This document shows, piece by piece, positions 12,101-21,138 of a stretch of 124,000 nucleotides of DNA (position 1 is its first letter; each line of letters starts with the position of its first letter). The notes beneath the pieces are model-generated. The model worked only from the letters and a program-made list of their open reading frames with translations. It did no database searches and was not told the DNA's origin. Source of the stretch: Hyalangium minutum (GTDB taxonomy: Bacteria; Myxococcota; Myxococcia; Myxococcales; Myxococcaceae); contig NZ_JMCB01000006.1 of assembly GCF_000737315.1 (NCBI RefSeq), positions 20,001 to 144,000 of the forward strand, in the 5' to 3' direction. The position numbers were made by a program, and so were the translations under genes.

Positions 12101-12570
12101 CCCGACTGCCGCTCCGTGGCGGCGCGCTGCCGCATCGCCTTGGCCAGCTCGGGCGTCCGCTTCGCCAGCCGCTCCTGCAAGGCCGCGGGCGAGAGCTTCA
12201 GGCTCCGCGCGCGCGCCACCTCCTCGCGAATCTCCGCATCCGGAGTGGCCTGCTTGATGCGCCGGGCCTGCTCCTGTGCCAGGAGCTTACTGGCCTTCTG
12301 CTCGTCCGCACGCGTGAGGCGCTCCAGCTCCGCCAGCGCCTCTTTCCGGCGTCGCGCGGTCTCCTCACCCCGCTTCGTGTCATATGCCGCTGGATCCGAG
12401 ACCTGGAGCGGATCGATGCCCAGGTTCTTCGCGGCCTGCGCGAGCCGCAGGCCGTAGGCGCGCTCGGCGGCCTGCGCACGCTGCAGCTCCCCCATGCAGA
12501 GGAACTGCAGCGTGACCAGGGTCAGCAGGGAGGACGTGGTCTGGAACCACACCTTCTTCGTCTGAAACAT
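6148..12570 (-). CDS. Exported transglutaminase-like domain / DUF6531 / Rhs-YD repeat polymorphic toxin
   Basis: Signal-like N-terminus, TG-like GNDFDQASLLIALLREAGVPARY, DUF6531-like VNMATGN...WRRTY, many YD repeats, Rhs core GREHD...RYMDPKLGRW...NPTAYVDPSG, ~170-aa variable tail. Confidence 0.85.
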   Translation of the reverse strand: MFQTKKVWFQTTSSLLTLVTLQFLCMGELQRAQAAERAYGLRLAQAAKNLGIDPLQVSDPAAYDTKRGEETARRRKEALAELERLTRADEQKASKLLAQEQARRIKQATPDAEIREEVARARSLKLSPAALQERLAKRTPELAKAMRQRAATERQSGSRGSMLDLGRLKPLKPNPPAPRRKGTLGQRTPELDSFYASLEGESVSVELADGSSVALETALAGVPRAPVRLASVMTDLGLLMPLLGVLPEPAPEDLAETPETLRSPELKLLAQSLGNQPLALYNHVHTKVKTELYYGSKKGAAATLAEGAGNDFDQASLLIALLREAGVPARYEYTTVRLSAAQAQALTGAVDARTAAFVLSSSGIPAALTEDGKGVLTERAYVRAYVAYSDYRGTGRGGENLWVRLDPGLKRVQHSQGVDLRGLVSFDFNAYLGALTSDTPREIFERQLLDAAKLRNLCNTLDDALAKATVQEDLFRLLPAEHPAELVSEPLHFARPPQSFRHTVELSLGGEKATFELAELQGPRVALRYPGATPTDEAAIQTAGGITGVRPYAVRVAPSLRVNGQEAKRFSAVMPGVEQELTVKVTIPGDAPAVVKHSLIAGGVYAFMASAGATPVSQIQALRQQAQGLTGDERAEFEAHLALALYSHHKGADAARLFGLQRHRVLQDVIEGTAGKELKVQQVNGTPLSLAPGKYVLDVARDSVTPMPMDADFRYQAGLMRLAGHHGSALEHKVWEEVMSTVSVSAVRIIQASASQGVPVFRITPQDSSGRALLQGFSDLTMSRVDQALAAGWRITIPQHPTNYQQYINQEGYILENPVTGEGAYLIGELLNGGSNSGPGGSSGSSEGPACGCDEAVVNSTVNMATGNLREQWTDLTLPAVGLPITWRRTYASRGNGMTELGYGWMHSYGMYLRLELNGSLTYITEDWREVRFQKSGSTFTAPPGWYLTLTVLSDGYRLRTKEGLVYEFNSSRRLRSISEPGGSRVDILYANGLPSEVRDSDNEVALSFGYTDGKLTKVTDRANRTVRYAYEGDDLVGAVDVLNNMETYAYDDAHNLVRRTDKRGKVWVTLYDALDRWVGSINPLGHKASAFYDTVNRRAVYVDRLGNEWQREHNAAGNPVVLVDPLGNRTERQWDTAHNLTQEKDARSLVTERIYDTRGNMTEQRDPDGRVTKYTYDTAFNQVLTVEATGRPKVTNTYDTAGRLKTRTDGLGVASYGYDARGRLETFTKPGPAVTRMTYGSKGLPLTMTDPQQVTTTLTFNSAGYITETKDSDNKKHTFEVDAAGQVTAMVDALNARFESTYDAEGHRLTTKNPLLAVTTYTYDAVGRVTSVEDALNGVSRTEYDANGRVVALVDARNARTVMRYDAAGRHVETVLANGASTVLGYCAELTTQPCVQVDATGGLYRRDFDRMGRVLSEVDSLKRESRYEYDTAGRIKASSELGQAPTTYAYGSHGLLERVTKGDQSITYGYDGRGNRTSVTAGSQRTQYQYDLANRLQWEKNPLNVVTSYEYDGVGNRTAKVDGNSRRTTYAYDGNRRLKSVTFEDGSTYQYDYDEAGRRTLEKNGTHARTLEYDALGRVKEVIDASLGRTLRYTYDANGNRTSVTSAGLEHHYSYDALNLLRQAVDSAGQRTVISYDDLGRRTRITRSNGIATTYSYDAASQLLGIVHAKEGAVVAGSSYTYDAGGNRLSKTLADGTRESYIYDASDRLTGVDYGTQRSVRYTLDLLGNRTALREVTGGTNRQVNSAFNAFNQLERSFEGGVATEYGYDNNGNLLSETKAGQLVKQYGWDLDNRLRQVTLASGELHTFEYDATGLRTKQTTPAGSTQYLLDGATVLQEFSSTSPTPTSYLTHPQTTDEILSFQQAGSTYSPLTDALGSVVAIADQTGAVVRTNSYDAYGARTTSGSGPMLAFGYTGREHDSTGLNYHRDRYMDPKLGRWIQPDRLGMVDGANIYQYVRGNPTAYVDPSGKFGLLVGLAIVIIIIVAAFIFAGTVGRRMGENEDFNNLKRLRAVDIDVETCRTEIPSSDPNGMLDPDRLAALTAAAERAEIYVVDFGQSRESSAKHYIGRARGREILLSADLFRGSNTNNRKVAFIAEIQHVAGLYDEEAAQEELEQLLSIMELELPEGWRHGSDLSGG

Positions 12571-12585
12571 GAGGGCTGTGTCTTT

Positions 12586-15500
12586 CTACGGGCAGGAGAG
12601 CGGAGCCGGGACCGTCTGCGGCCCCGGCGAGAGCACGAGGGTTTGCGAGTTCGTGAGCGTGACCTGGCGGCCCACCACGGCGCCTCGCAAGCTCGTGTTG
12701 TTGCCGAGGATCACGTGGGTCAGCGGCGCGTAGATCTGCATCGCCGCTGTCGACTGGTTGAGCACGGAGACCGCCTGCCCCGTCGAGGCACTGCTCACGA
12801 GGAGGAGCGAGGCCCCTGTACCGGGTGCCGCCCCCAGCGTGGACTGATTCGAGACCGACACGGAGCCGGAGACGAAGAGCTCGACGCTGCCTCCCGAGGC
12901 AACCTTTAGGGTGGCCCCCCCTGTCAGCACCAGGTGATCCAGCAGGAAGCGGCCCGACGGCAAGGTGAGGGTCTCCTGATCGATCTCGAGTCCTCCTCCC
13001 ACGAGGAAGGGCGAGATGTCCGGATCCGCCTGGAGCAGTGCGTTGTCGTTCTGCTGCCCCACCTTCTGGAACCAGCGCGTCAGATCGTAGCCGCAGCTGC
13101 ACGGGGTGGGCGGCGAGGACACCGTCTCATCCCCGCCAGTGGCCTGCGCACCCGTGCCAAGCACGAGCTGCCCGCCGTGGTAGATCCGCCCGCCCACGCT
13201 CGCCAGGCCCCCCAGCTGGGTGAGAGTGCCAGAGACAACGTCACCGCTGACGGAGCTGCTGTCGCCCATCAGCACGGATCCATGGCTCGCCACCGAGGCA
13301 GGACCGCTCAACCCCACCACCTGCGCGCTGTCCTGAATCGACAGGCTGTCGAGCGCGCAGGCCGCGAAGAGGAACCGCGGACGCGCCTGCAACACCGTGA
13401 AGTGCACCGTCACCGACGACAGGTTGCCGGCCATGTCCCAGGCCTTGACGCGCAGGGTGTGGGCACCGAGCGCGGTCACCGGGGTGCCGCTGTCGACGAG
13501 GACATTGTCCAGCACGCCCTCCAGCGGCTGGAGCGGCGAGGCATCGGTGGCCGTGAATACCGGAGTGAAGGAGGTCCCCAGCGCGCCCTCGGACACTCCC
13601 GTGACAGAGAGGACCGGCGGCGTGAAGTCCAAGGTGAACGAGACGGTGCGCACCGTCTGATTGCCCGCGAGGTCCACGGCTGTCACCACCAAGACATGCG
13701 TCCCCTCGGCCGTGACGAAGGTGCCAGACGTGAACGTCGCTCCATCCAGCGTTGCCGAGACCGAAGCGAGGTTCGTGTCGACGACGTCGAACGCGGGCGC
13801 GACCTCGTGGTTGATGTATTGGCCGTCCTTGACCCAGTAGACCCAGACTTCAGGCGGGGTGAAGTCCAGCGTGAACTCGATGACACGCTCGGCCACATTG
13901 CCGGCCCCATCCACCGCGCGGAGCGCCAGCAAGTGCGTCCCCTCCGTGCTCACCGCGGTCCCCAGCGTGAACGGCACCCCATCCAGGGTAGCGACCAGCG
14001 TTCCAGGGTGAAGCTCCTGCACCGTGACCCCCGGGGTGAGCGGAACGGAGCTGTACTGGCCATTCACGACTCCCGTCACCCCCAGCACGGGCGGTGTGAA
14101 GTCCAGGCTGAAGGACCGCGTCTCGCTGACAGCATTGCCCACCGCGTCGGACGCCTGGACTACCCACAGGTGATCGCCCTCCGCGTTGACCTCCGTCCCG
14201 GACGCGAGCGGCGAGCCGTCGAGCAGGGACGTCACCGTGCCCGGATGCGGCTCCGACACCGAGTAGGACAGGGTGACCGGCGTGTTGAGCAGCGCCCCAT
14301 GGCTGGGGCCATCCAGGCTCAACACCGGTGCCGTCTGGTCGATGCTGAAGTGGATGTCCACCGAATGGCTGTTCCCGGCACCGTCCACCGCCGTCACCGC
14401 CAGCAGGTGGGCGCCCTCCGCGGAGATGGCGGTTCCCAGGGAGAAGGGCACACCATCGAGCGTCGCCACGACGCTGCCCGGGTGCGCATCCTCCACCGTC
14501 ACACTCGGAGTGAGCGGCACCGCGCTGACCTGACCCTCGGCGACTCCGGTGATTTCCACCTGAGGAGCCGTGAAGTCCAGGCTGAAGGCGCGCGTCTCCG
14601 TGGTGCTGTTGCCCGCCAGATCTACCGCCGTCACCGTCCAGAGATGATCCCCCTCCCCATCCACGAACACTCCGCTTTCCACGGGCGCGCCGTCCACTGT
14701 GGCCACGAGCGTTCCCGGGTGCTGCTCCTGCGCCTGGAAGGACAAGGTCACGGGCGTGTTGAGCAGCGCCCCGTGAGCCACGCCCGCCAACTGCAGCACC
14801 GGCGGCGTCAGGTCGATGGTGAACGACACCGACCGCTGACGCTGGTTGCCAAAGGCGTCCGCCGCGCTCACCTCCAGCAGGTAGCTCCCCTCCGCCGTCA
14901 CGGCCGTGCCGCTGGTGAAGGCATTGCCATTGAGCGTGATGGTGGTACTCGACAGGTACGGATCCGTGACTGTGATTTCCGGAATGACCTGCGTGGGTGA
15001 GAACTGTCCGTCCGTCACTCCCGAGATGGTGATGACCGGCGGCTCCTGATCGGTGGGCATCTCCGCCGTCACGACGAGCCGATCCAACGTCTGGCCGTCG
15101 AGCTGGGCGACCAGCACCTTCTGCCGCGCGTCCAGCTGCGAGGTGGGCAGGGACAGCACGATGTCCTGCGAGCTGCCAGGCGCCAGGCTCACCTGGGTCG
15201 AGGCCGTGGCCTCCTGGCCCAGCAAGGGCGTGTCCAGCAGCAACACGCGCAGCAGCCCCTCCACCGTCTCTCCGCTCGTGTTCGTGAGGAGGACGTGGGT
15301 TTGCAGCGGCGGGCCGATGGGGAAGGGGCTCGCGGCGGAGAGCTGCGCGGTGACGACCCGCGCCGGAACAATGACGACCTTCCAGAGCACCTGGTTGCTC
15401 GCGATGACGGTCCCCTGCGCGTCCCGCAGTTCGGCCCGGACGCGGTAACTGCCCGCCTGCGCCGTGGGCGAGACGGAGAAGCGCTCGGCGATGTCATGGA

Positions 15501-18500
15501 AGGCTCCGGGCGCGAGCTCCGAGATGGCCCACTGCCCCGACGCGAGCAGGGTCCCCGTCACATCCTCGAACACCACCTGGAGCGTCCCTGCGGGCAGCAC
15601 GGCATTGCGCCCCGTGTTGCTCACGCGCATCTGCGCGAGGACCGTCTCCTCTGGGCCATAGCTCTCGCGATCGGTCACCAGCCCCAGGCTGGCCACGGCC
15701 TCCGCGGTGAGCGTGAACGGCACCGTGCCGACTGCCACCGGCCGCCCCCCCTCAGTCACCTGGATCCGCAGCGAGTACAGCCCAGGCCCGAAGGCCCCCG
15801 TGTTCCAGCTCAGGGAGGTCTGGTACTCGGCTCCTCCTCCCACCACCAGCCGGGGGCTCGTTGCCAGCGTCGCCACGAGCGCGCCGGCCGGACCCTGGAT
15901 GGCCGCATCCCATGCGAGCGTTCTCCCGCGCGGGCTCTGGTTGGCCAGAAGCACCGTGAACGAGACCGGCGCCGCAGGCCCCACCACGCCAGGGCTGGCC
16001 GTCCCCGACACCACGAGCAACGGATCCTCCACGGGGAGGTTCACCTCCCGCACGTTGTTCAGCTCGCTGAACTCCGTGACGATGCCCTGCGGATCCACCT
16101 CGGCATGGATGAGGGTGCTCGCCTGCGGAGCGGTGATGCGCGCGGTCAGGACCGTGCTCTCCGCCGTCAGCAGCGGCGGCACCTCTAGCAAGAGCTCCGG
16201 CTGCCCGGGGACCTCGATGCTCAACAGCGTCCCGGGAGAGGGACTGCCGCGGTTCAGAACCGTCACGCTCACGGTGACTGCTTCCCCCGCGTAGGCCGGC
16301 GAGGGTGAGGCGCTCACCGCCTGCACCGTGAAGTCCGGCATCGCCGCGGGCATCGACTCCACGGTGAACACCGCCTCGTTGTTGAGGCGCTCCTGGTCCA
16401 GCGTCACCACCTGAGGATCCGCGATGACCCGGTACCCATGGCTGCCTGTCAGCGCGATCCCCGTCACCAGCACATGCGCCTCGGCGCCCGGCTGCAGCGC
16501 GGGGAGCGCCGCCGCGCCAAAGAGGGGACTGTTGGCGCCTCGTGGCCCGTCCCAGGCCTCGACCGTGCTGGCTCCACAGGCCTGCGCACCCTGGTTCCGT
16601 ACTGTGACATCCAGCGTGAGCGCCTCTCCCGTCTGTGGCAAAGGAGGCTGGCTGGAGAACTGCGCTGTATCCACGGCCAGATCACACCCCTGCGTTCCTG
16701 GGAGGACGTAGACACGAGCCGAACCGATGTTGTTCTCCCGCCCAGACTCCTCGATGGCGCCATCCGCGTTGGCGACCACATAGAGGACGTGCTCCCCTTC
16801 CGGATACGCCACCCAAGGCAGGGAGAGGGTCGCCACGCCCGTACGTGGGGCCAGGGGCCCCGCCGCGACAACGTCCGCCAGGTGCCGCCCACCCGCCGTG
16901 GGGTCTCCATCGTAGAGGGCCACATGGACACCGCTCGCGGCCACACCTCCCACGTTGCGCAGAGTGACGGTGACCGTCTGGATCCCTCCCACCGTGGGCG
17001 ATTGCGGCGACACCGTGATGTCCGCGTTGCGGACGGAGAGATCCGCCATCAGCGTGGCCGGCTCCACGTCGAACTGCTGGTTCCATGTGTTGTGGGTCGT
17101 CCACCAGCGGTAGTCGCTCCCCAACCGGAGGTCCGCCCCAACCTGCCCCTTGCGAATGGAGCGCGTCGGCCACAGTGCCGGCTGCTTCTTCCAGTGCACG
17201 CTGGAGAAGATGAGCACCTCGCCTCGGCCATACTGCGGGTGGTCCCGAAGCTGGGTCGGTGGCGCGGTGCCCTCTATGAACGGCATCGCGATGTCCGCGT
17301 GGCCATCCGCGTCGATATCGACGACCACGGGCGTGTGCTCCGGGAAAGAGTAGTTGGCGCCGGTCTCGGGCTGCATCTGAGCCGGGAAGGTCTCCAGCAG
17401 CTCACCCGTACGGCCGTCCTGGATGACGGGGGGCGTCAGTAGCCCGGCGAAGATGGCCTGGGGCCGGCCCTGGCCCAGCACGTCCGCCAACACTCCGTTG
17501 AACGCATCCACACCGGACCTGCCTCCTCCCGTAGCGCACACCGTGCAGAACAGCTCCTGCGACCACAGGGGCAGCAGGTCGGGAGTGAACGCCCCCGTGA
17601 TGCTGGTGCCGCCATTGTTGGCCAGCGTCACATAGGCGAGACCATCCTGCCGCAGCGCTCCCGCGCTCAGGAAGTACTCCCGCGCCTCGAAGGGAGTTCC
17701 TGTCTGGACCTGCTGGCCGGTGATGAGATCTCTCGCCACGAGATTGTTGCGGAACCTCGGGATGATCACCTCCGCTTTTCCATCCAGGTTGAGGTCCACG
17801 ACCCCGGCCCCGATCGTCCCCGTCGGCTGCGACACCTGCCAGCGGACAGTCCCTTGCGCGCTCACGAGCGCATAGAGGCCGATCTTGGACGCCAGCACCT
17901 CGTTCTGGCCATCTCCGTCCGCATCCAGGACGGTGGCCGTGTACCCGAGCTGGCAGGTGGCCGAGCCGACAGTGGCCGTCCAGAGGTCCGTGCCATCCAC
18001 GCCCGAGAACGCTCGGAGATCCTGGGTCCAGGCCACGATGTCCCCCACCCCATCTCCATTCAGATCTCCCAGGCCCAGCGCGTAGCTGGACACGGTGGAG
18101 GCAGAGCAGCCGGAGGTACCCGCGAGGACTCGCTTCCACTTGAGCGTCCCATCGGGCCGCAGCGCGACGAGCTCATAGTTGTTCGAGGTATCCTTCGAGT
18201 AGGCCACGATCTCCCCCGTTCCATCGCCGTCGAGGTCGGCCGTGGCGACGTCGAGTGTCGTGGTCATGGGCGTATAGGACCAGAGCTTGCTCCAGGAGCC
18301 GTCCGTCCCCTGCTGGAGCAGCGAGACGAACTCCTTGGAGACCGTCCCCGTTACGGTCCTGTGGACGAGCACCATGTCGGGCTTCGTGCCGCCGAGGAGC
18401 GGGGCGATGCGGATCTCGCTCCCCTGCACGTAGGTGCCCGCGACGCCCGTGTCCACGATGGCCTTGAGGAACAGATGCCGCCCGGCCACGTTGTTCACGG

Positions 18501-20979
18501 GCGCGCTGTCGCGGGGATAGGTCCCCGCCACCCGCGCGTAGAGCTCCACGGGCCCCTCGGTTCGCACCCAGTCGAAGGCCGCCGTCACCTCTCCTTGCGC
18601 AGGCACCTGGATGGGGGCCTCGCCCAGGAGGCGGCCGAGATGGGAGAGCGGAGACCCCTGCCACCACTGCAAGACAGCCCGCCCCTCGGTGGTGGAGACA
18701 TTCCGCACACGCGCGGTGACCACCACCTTCTCTCCTATCTGGGCTCCCAGTGGGGTGAAGTGCATCTCCTTGGCGGCCACCACGAGGTCCGTCGTCGCGC
18801 TGCCCGGTGTGAGCTCCGCGCAGTTGTCGTTCTCGTTCACCTCGGGCACCTGGTTCTGCGGATCCACGCAGGCCCGCAGGGCCACGGGCGTTCCCGCGGG
18901 GGGAACCTGAAAGCTCCCCAGCAGGACGGCGGTGGCGCTGCCATGCCGGGCGACCGCATCCCTCTCGGCCCAGACCGTCCCGTCCGCGACGTTCATCAGC
19001 CGCACCGAGGTGGCCACATCCTGCGCTCCGTCGTTGATGACGGACAGCGAGTACTCCACATAGCGCCCGGGAAGCGCCGAGCTGTTGGAGCTGGAGAGGC
19101 TGCCCGCGACGAGCTCGCTGGCGGCGCTGTCCGACATGACGGTCATGGCCAGCGTCCGCTGGTTGTTCGTCCGATCCGGATCCGACAGCCTTCCATCCGG
19201 GTCCACCGCGAGCGTGTAGGAGGCCGGAACCAGGGAGGACAACGTGAACGACACCGGCACGGTGGTCTGGCCTGGAACGAGCGGGAGTAGCTGCTCGGCG
19301 ATCCGCTCGCCCGAGCGGAAGACCACGACCGGGACCTGGCTGGCCGCCGTGGTGTACGCATTGCGGATGTTCCCCTGGAGGACAAAAGGCTGGCCCGGGA
19401 CGATCTGCCCAGGCGAGGGCACGAAGGACATGGGGGTCGTCACCTGCAGATCCACCGCCGCGCCCGTGCCTCCGTAGTAGAAACGGAAGGCTTGGTTGTT
19501 CTGCTCGTCTGCCTCCGGCAGCGCGCCCGCCGGATCCACCCGTGCATAGAACGCCACGGGCCCCGTGGCCGTGGGCAGGGGTACATCGAAGGTCAACGAC
19601 CCGAGCGCATTGGGCTGGAGCCCCGCCGAGAGCACCTCGCTGCCCAGCAGGGTTCCACCGTTCCCTGGAGCGCCCCGGAAAAGTTCCACCGTTACCGCCT
19701 GGGGCAGCGGAGAGCCCAGGTTGAGCACCACCACCTTCACCAGGAGCCGGCCCGGCGCCCCCGGGTAGAACTGCAGACTTCCTCCCGAGATGGCCAGATC
19801 GTTCTCCACCCGGACCCGCAGCGGAGCCGAGGCCGTGTTGTTGCCCTCGTCGATCTCCAGCACCTGCCCCTCTGGATCCACCTGCGCGATGACCTCGTAG
19901 CTGCCCGCGAGCTGAAGCGTGGGCAGTGTGGCGACGATCGTCGCCTGCGCTCCCGGGGCCAGCGCTGACAACGACACCTGAGCCAAGGTGACCGCGGCAC
20001 CGCCCGCCAAGGGCCGGGCGACGAAGCGCACGGGGATGGCCAGGGCCGGGACACCCGACCGGTTGCGGATGCTCAGGGTTGCCTGGAGGCTCGCGCCCTG
20101 AAGCGGCGTGGGATCCGCCAGCACGAGCTGAGGCCGCCCGCGATCGTCCGTCATCACGTGCCAGTCCGGCGCCGCCTCGCGAAGAACCGACAGGGCACGG
20201 GCCGTGAGACGCGTGCTCCCCTCCCAGCTCCCATCCGCCTGCTGGGCGGCCAGGAGGTAGACCCGTCCCTCCTCCCGCGCCTGCGAGTGCTCGAAGGGAG
20301 CCCCCACCAATCCCTGGAGCGCGGCCACGGTGTCCTCGACTGTGCCGAAGGAGCCGTCAGGCCGCTGCATCGTCATGAGGCACGCGGTGGCCCGGCTCAG
20401 CGCGAGGTTCGCGTCTGGGATCCAGGGGTGGAGGCGCAGCGCGGAGATGGCAGAGGCCGTCAGCGCCGCGGACGCGGCGTTGTCGGCAAAGGCAAAGCAA
20501 CCATCGGGGCGGGCCTTTGCCAGCAATTGCGCCAGCGCGCCTTCAGGCCTCCCGAAGGGGTTGGTGCTCAACTGGGGCGAGAGGATGAGGCTCAGCGCCA
20601 GGTGGAGGGCATCCGGTGCCTCGAACCCCGGCCCCTGGGTCGTGAGCGTTTGTGTGCCCCGGAAGAATGGGGACTGCCGAAGCGCCAGCGCGGTGCGGAT
20701 TTCCAGCTCGGAGTCGAGCAGGAGCGGCTGGAAGGCCAGGTAAATCTCCGCACTCCGGGCTGCATCACTGGCCCCCAGGCCGTGCGCGCGAAGCGCCTCG
20801 AGCGCCTCCGCTGTCACGAGCGTGGGTTCTTCGCTCCTCAGCTCACCGAACGCCCCCGTCGGCCCCTGCATGCTCTGCAGGAACTGCAATCCCTGCGCGA
20901 CAGGTTCCGCGCTCGCAATCCCTGGCATCCACACCAGGGAAAGTCCACCCATCAGAGCCCACACCCATGACAGCCGCAC
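12586..20979 (-). CDS. Giant exported multidomain protein: alpha/alpha-toroid (QW-repeat/TED-like), CARDB repeats, FG-GAP propeller, tandem Ig-like repeats, C-terminal beta-helix-like domain
   Basis: QxxDGSW/F repeats, repeated VDPxxxxxExxExNN (CARDB), DLDGDG/DLNGDG/DADGDG FG-GAP motifs, about 7 D(F/L)TPP-bounded Ig repeats. Confidence 0.85.
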   Translation of the reverse strand: MRLSWVWALMGGLSLVWMPGIASAEPVAQGLQFLQSMQGPTGAFGELRSEEPTLVTAEALEALRAHGLGASDAARSAEIYLAFQPLLLDSELEIRTALALRQSPFFRGTQTLTTQGPGFEAPDALHLALSLILSPQLSTNPFGRPEGALAQLLAKARPDGCFAFADNAASAALTASAISALRLHPWIPDANLALSRATACLMTMQRPDGSFGTVEDTVAALQGLVGAPFEHSQAREEGRVYLLAAQQADGSWEGSTRLTARALSVLREAAPDWHVMTDDRGRPQLVLADPTPLQGASLQATLSIRNRSGVPALAIPVRFVARPLAGGAAVTLAQVSLSALAPGAQATIVATLPTLQLAGSYEVIAQVDPEGQVLEIDEGNNTASAPLRVRVENDLAISGGSLQFYPGAPGRLLVKVVVLNLGSPLPQAVTVELFRGAPGNGGTLLGSEVLSAGLQPNALGSLTFDVPLPTATGPVAFYARVDPAGALPEADEQNNQAFRFYYGGTGAAVDLQVTTPMSFVPSPGQIVPGQPFVLQGNIRNAYTTAASQVPVVVFRSGERIAEQLLPLVPGQTTVPVSFTLSSLVPASYTLAVDPDGRLSDPDRTNNQRTLAMTVMSDSAASELVAGSLSSSNSSALPGRYVEYSLSVINDGAQDVATSVRLMNVADGTVWAERDAVARHGSATAVLLGSFQVPPAGTPVALRACVDPQNQVPEVNENDNCAELTPGSATTDLVVAAKEMHFTPLGAQIGEKVVVTARVRNVSTTEGRAVLQWWQGSPLSHLGRLLGEAPIQVPAQGEVTAAFDWVRTEGPVELYARVAGTYPRDSAPVNNVAGRHLFLKAIVDTGVAGTYVQGSEIRIAPLLGGTKPDMVLVHRTVTGTVSKEFVSLLQQGTDGSWSKLWSYTPMTTTLDVATADLDGDGTGEIVAYSKDTSNNYELVALRPDGTLKWKRVLAGTSGCSASTVSSYALGLGDLNGDGVGDIVAWTQDLRAFSGVDGTDLWTATVGSATCQLGYTATVLDADGDGQNEVLASKIGLYALVSAQGTVRWQVSQPTGTIGAGVVDLNLDGKAEVIIPRFRNNLVARDLITGQQVQTGTPFEAREYFLSAGALRQDGLAYVTLANNGGTSITGAFTPDLLPLWSQELFCTVCATGGGRSGVDAFNGVLADVLGQGRPQAIFAGLLTPPVIQDGRTGELLETFPAQMQPETGANYSFPEHTPVVVDIDADGHADIAMPFIEGTAPPTQLRDHPQYGRGEVLIFSSVHWKKQPALWPTRSIRKGQVGADLRLGSDYRWWTTHNTWNQQFDVEPATLMADLSVRNADITVSPQSPTVGGIQTVTVTLRNVGGVAASGVHVALYDGDPTAGGRHLADVVAAGPLAPRTGVATLSLPWVAYPEGEHVLYVVANADGAIEESGRENNIGSARVYVLPGTQGCDLAVDTAQFSSQPPLPQTGEALTLDVTVRNQGAQACGASTVEAWDGPRGANSPLFGAAALPALQPGAEAHVLVTGIALTGSHGYRVIADPQVVTLDQERLNNEAVFTVESMPAAMPDFTVQAVSASPSPAYAGEAVTVSVTVLNRGSPSPGTLLSIEVPGQPELLLEVPPLLTAESTVLTARITAPQASTLIHAEVDPQGIVTEFSELNNVREVNLPVEDPLLVVSGTASPGVVGPAAPVSFTVLLANQSPRGRTLAWDAAIQGPAGALVATLATSPRLVVGGGAEYQTSLSWNTGAFGPGLYSLRIQVTEGGRPVAVGTVPFTLTAEAVASLGLVTDRESYGPEETVLAQMRVSNTGRNAVLPAGTLQVVFEDVTGTLLASGQWAISELAPGAFHDIAERFSVSPTAQAGSYRVRAELRDAQGTVIASNQVLWKVVIVPARVVTAQLSAASPFPIGPPLQTHVLLTNTSGETVEGLLRVLLLDTPLLGQEATASTQVSLAPGSSQDIVLSLPTSQLDARQKVLVAQLDGQTLDRLVVTAEMPTDQEPPVITISGVTDGQFSPTQVIPEITVTDPYLSSTTITLNGNAFTSGTAVTAEGSYLLEVSAADAFGNQRQRSVSFTIDLTPPVLQLAGVAHGALLNTPVTLSFQAQEQHPGTLVATVDGAPVESGVFVDGEGDHLWTVTAVDLAGNSTTETRAFSLDFTAPQVEITGVAEGQVSAVPLTPSVTVEDAHPGSVVATLDGVPFSLGTAISAEGAHLLAVTAVDGAGNSHSVDIHFSIDQTAPVLSLDGPSHGALLNTPVTLSYSVSEPHPGTVTSLLDGSPLASGTEVNAEGDHLWVVQASDAVGNAVSETRSFSLDFTPPVLGVTGVVNGQYSSVPLTPGVTVQELHPGTLVATLDGVPFTLGTAVSTEGTHLLALRAVDGAGNVAERVIEFTLDFTPPEVWVYWVKDGQYINHEVAPAFDVVDTNLASVSATLDGATFTSGTFVTAEGTHVLVVTAVDLAGNQTVRTVSFTLDFTPPVLSVTGVSEGALGTSFTPVFTATDASPLQPLEGVLDNVLVDSGTPVTALGAHTLRVKAWDMAGNLSSVTVHFTVLQARPRFLFAACALDSLSIQDSAQVVGLSGPASVASHGSVLMGDSSSVSGDVVSGTLTQLGGLASVGGRIYHGGQLVLGTGAQATGGDETVSSPPTPCSCGYDLTRWFQKVGQQNDNALLQADPDISPFLVGGGLEIDQETLTLPSGRFLLDHLVLTGGATLKVASGGSVELFVSGSVSVSNQSTLGAAPGTGASLLLVSSASTGQAVSVLNQSTAAMQIYAPLTHVILGNNTSLRGAVVGRQVTLTNSQTLVLSPGPQTVPAPLSCP

Positions 20980-21138
20980 AGAGATCCCTCGGCATTCCTT
21001 GCCACCCCCCGCGGGAATCCGCGCGGCAGCGCCGACTGTGCAATGTCATACATTTCCTTCTATGAACATGACCTGCCACATCCCGTTTACCGGACTCACA
21101 CTCGCAGCAAGGAACGATTGTCCCTCTGGGCGACCCGC

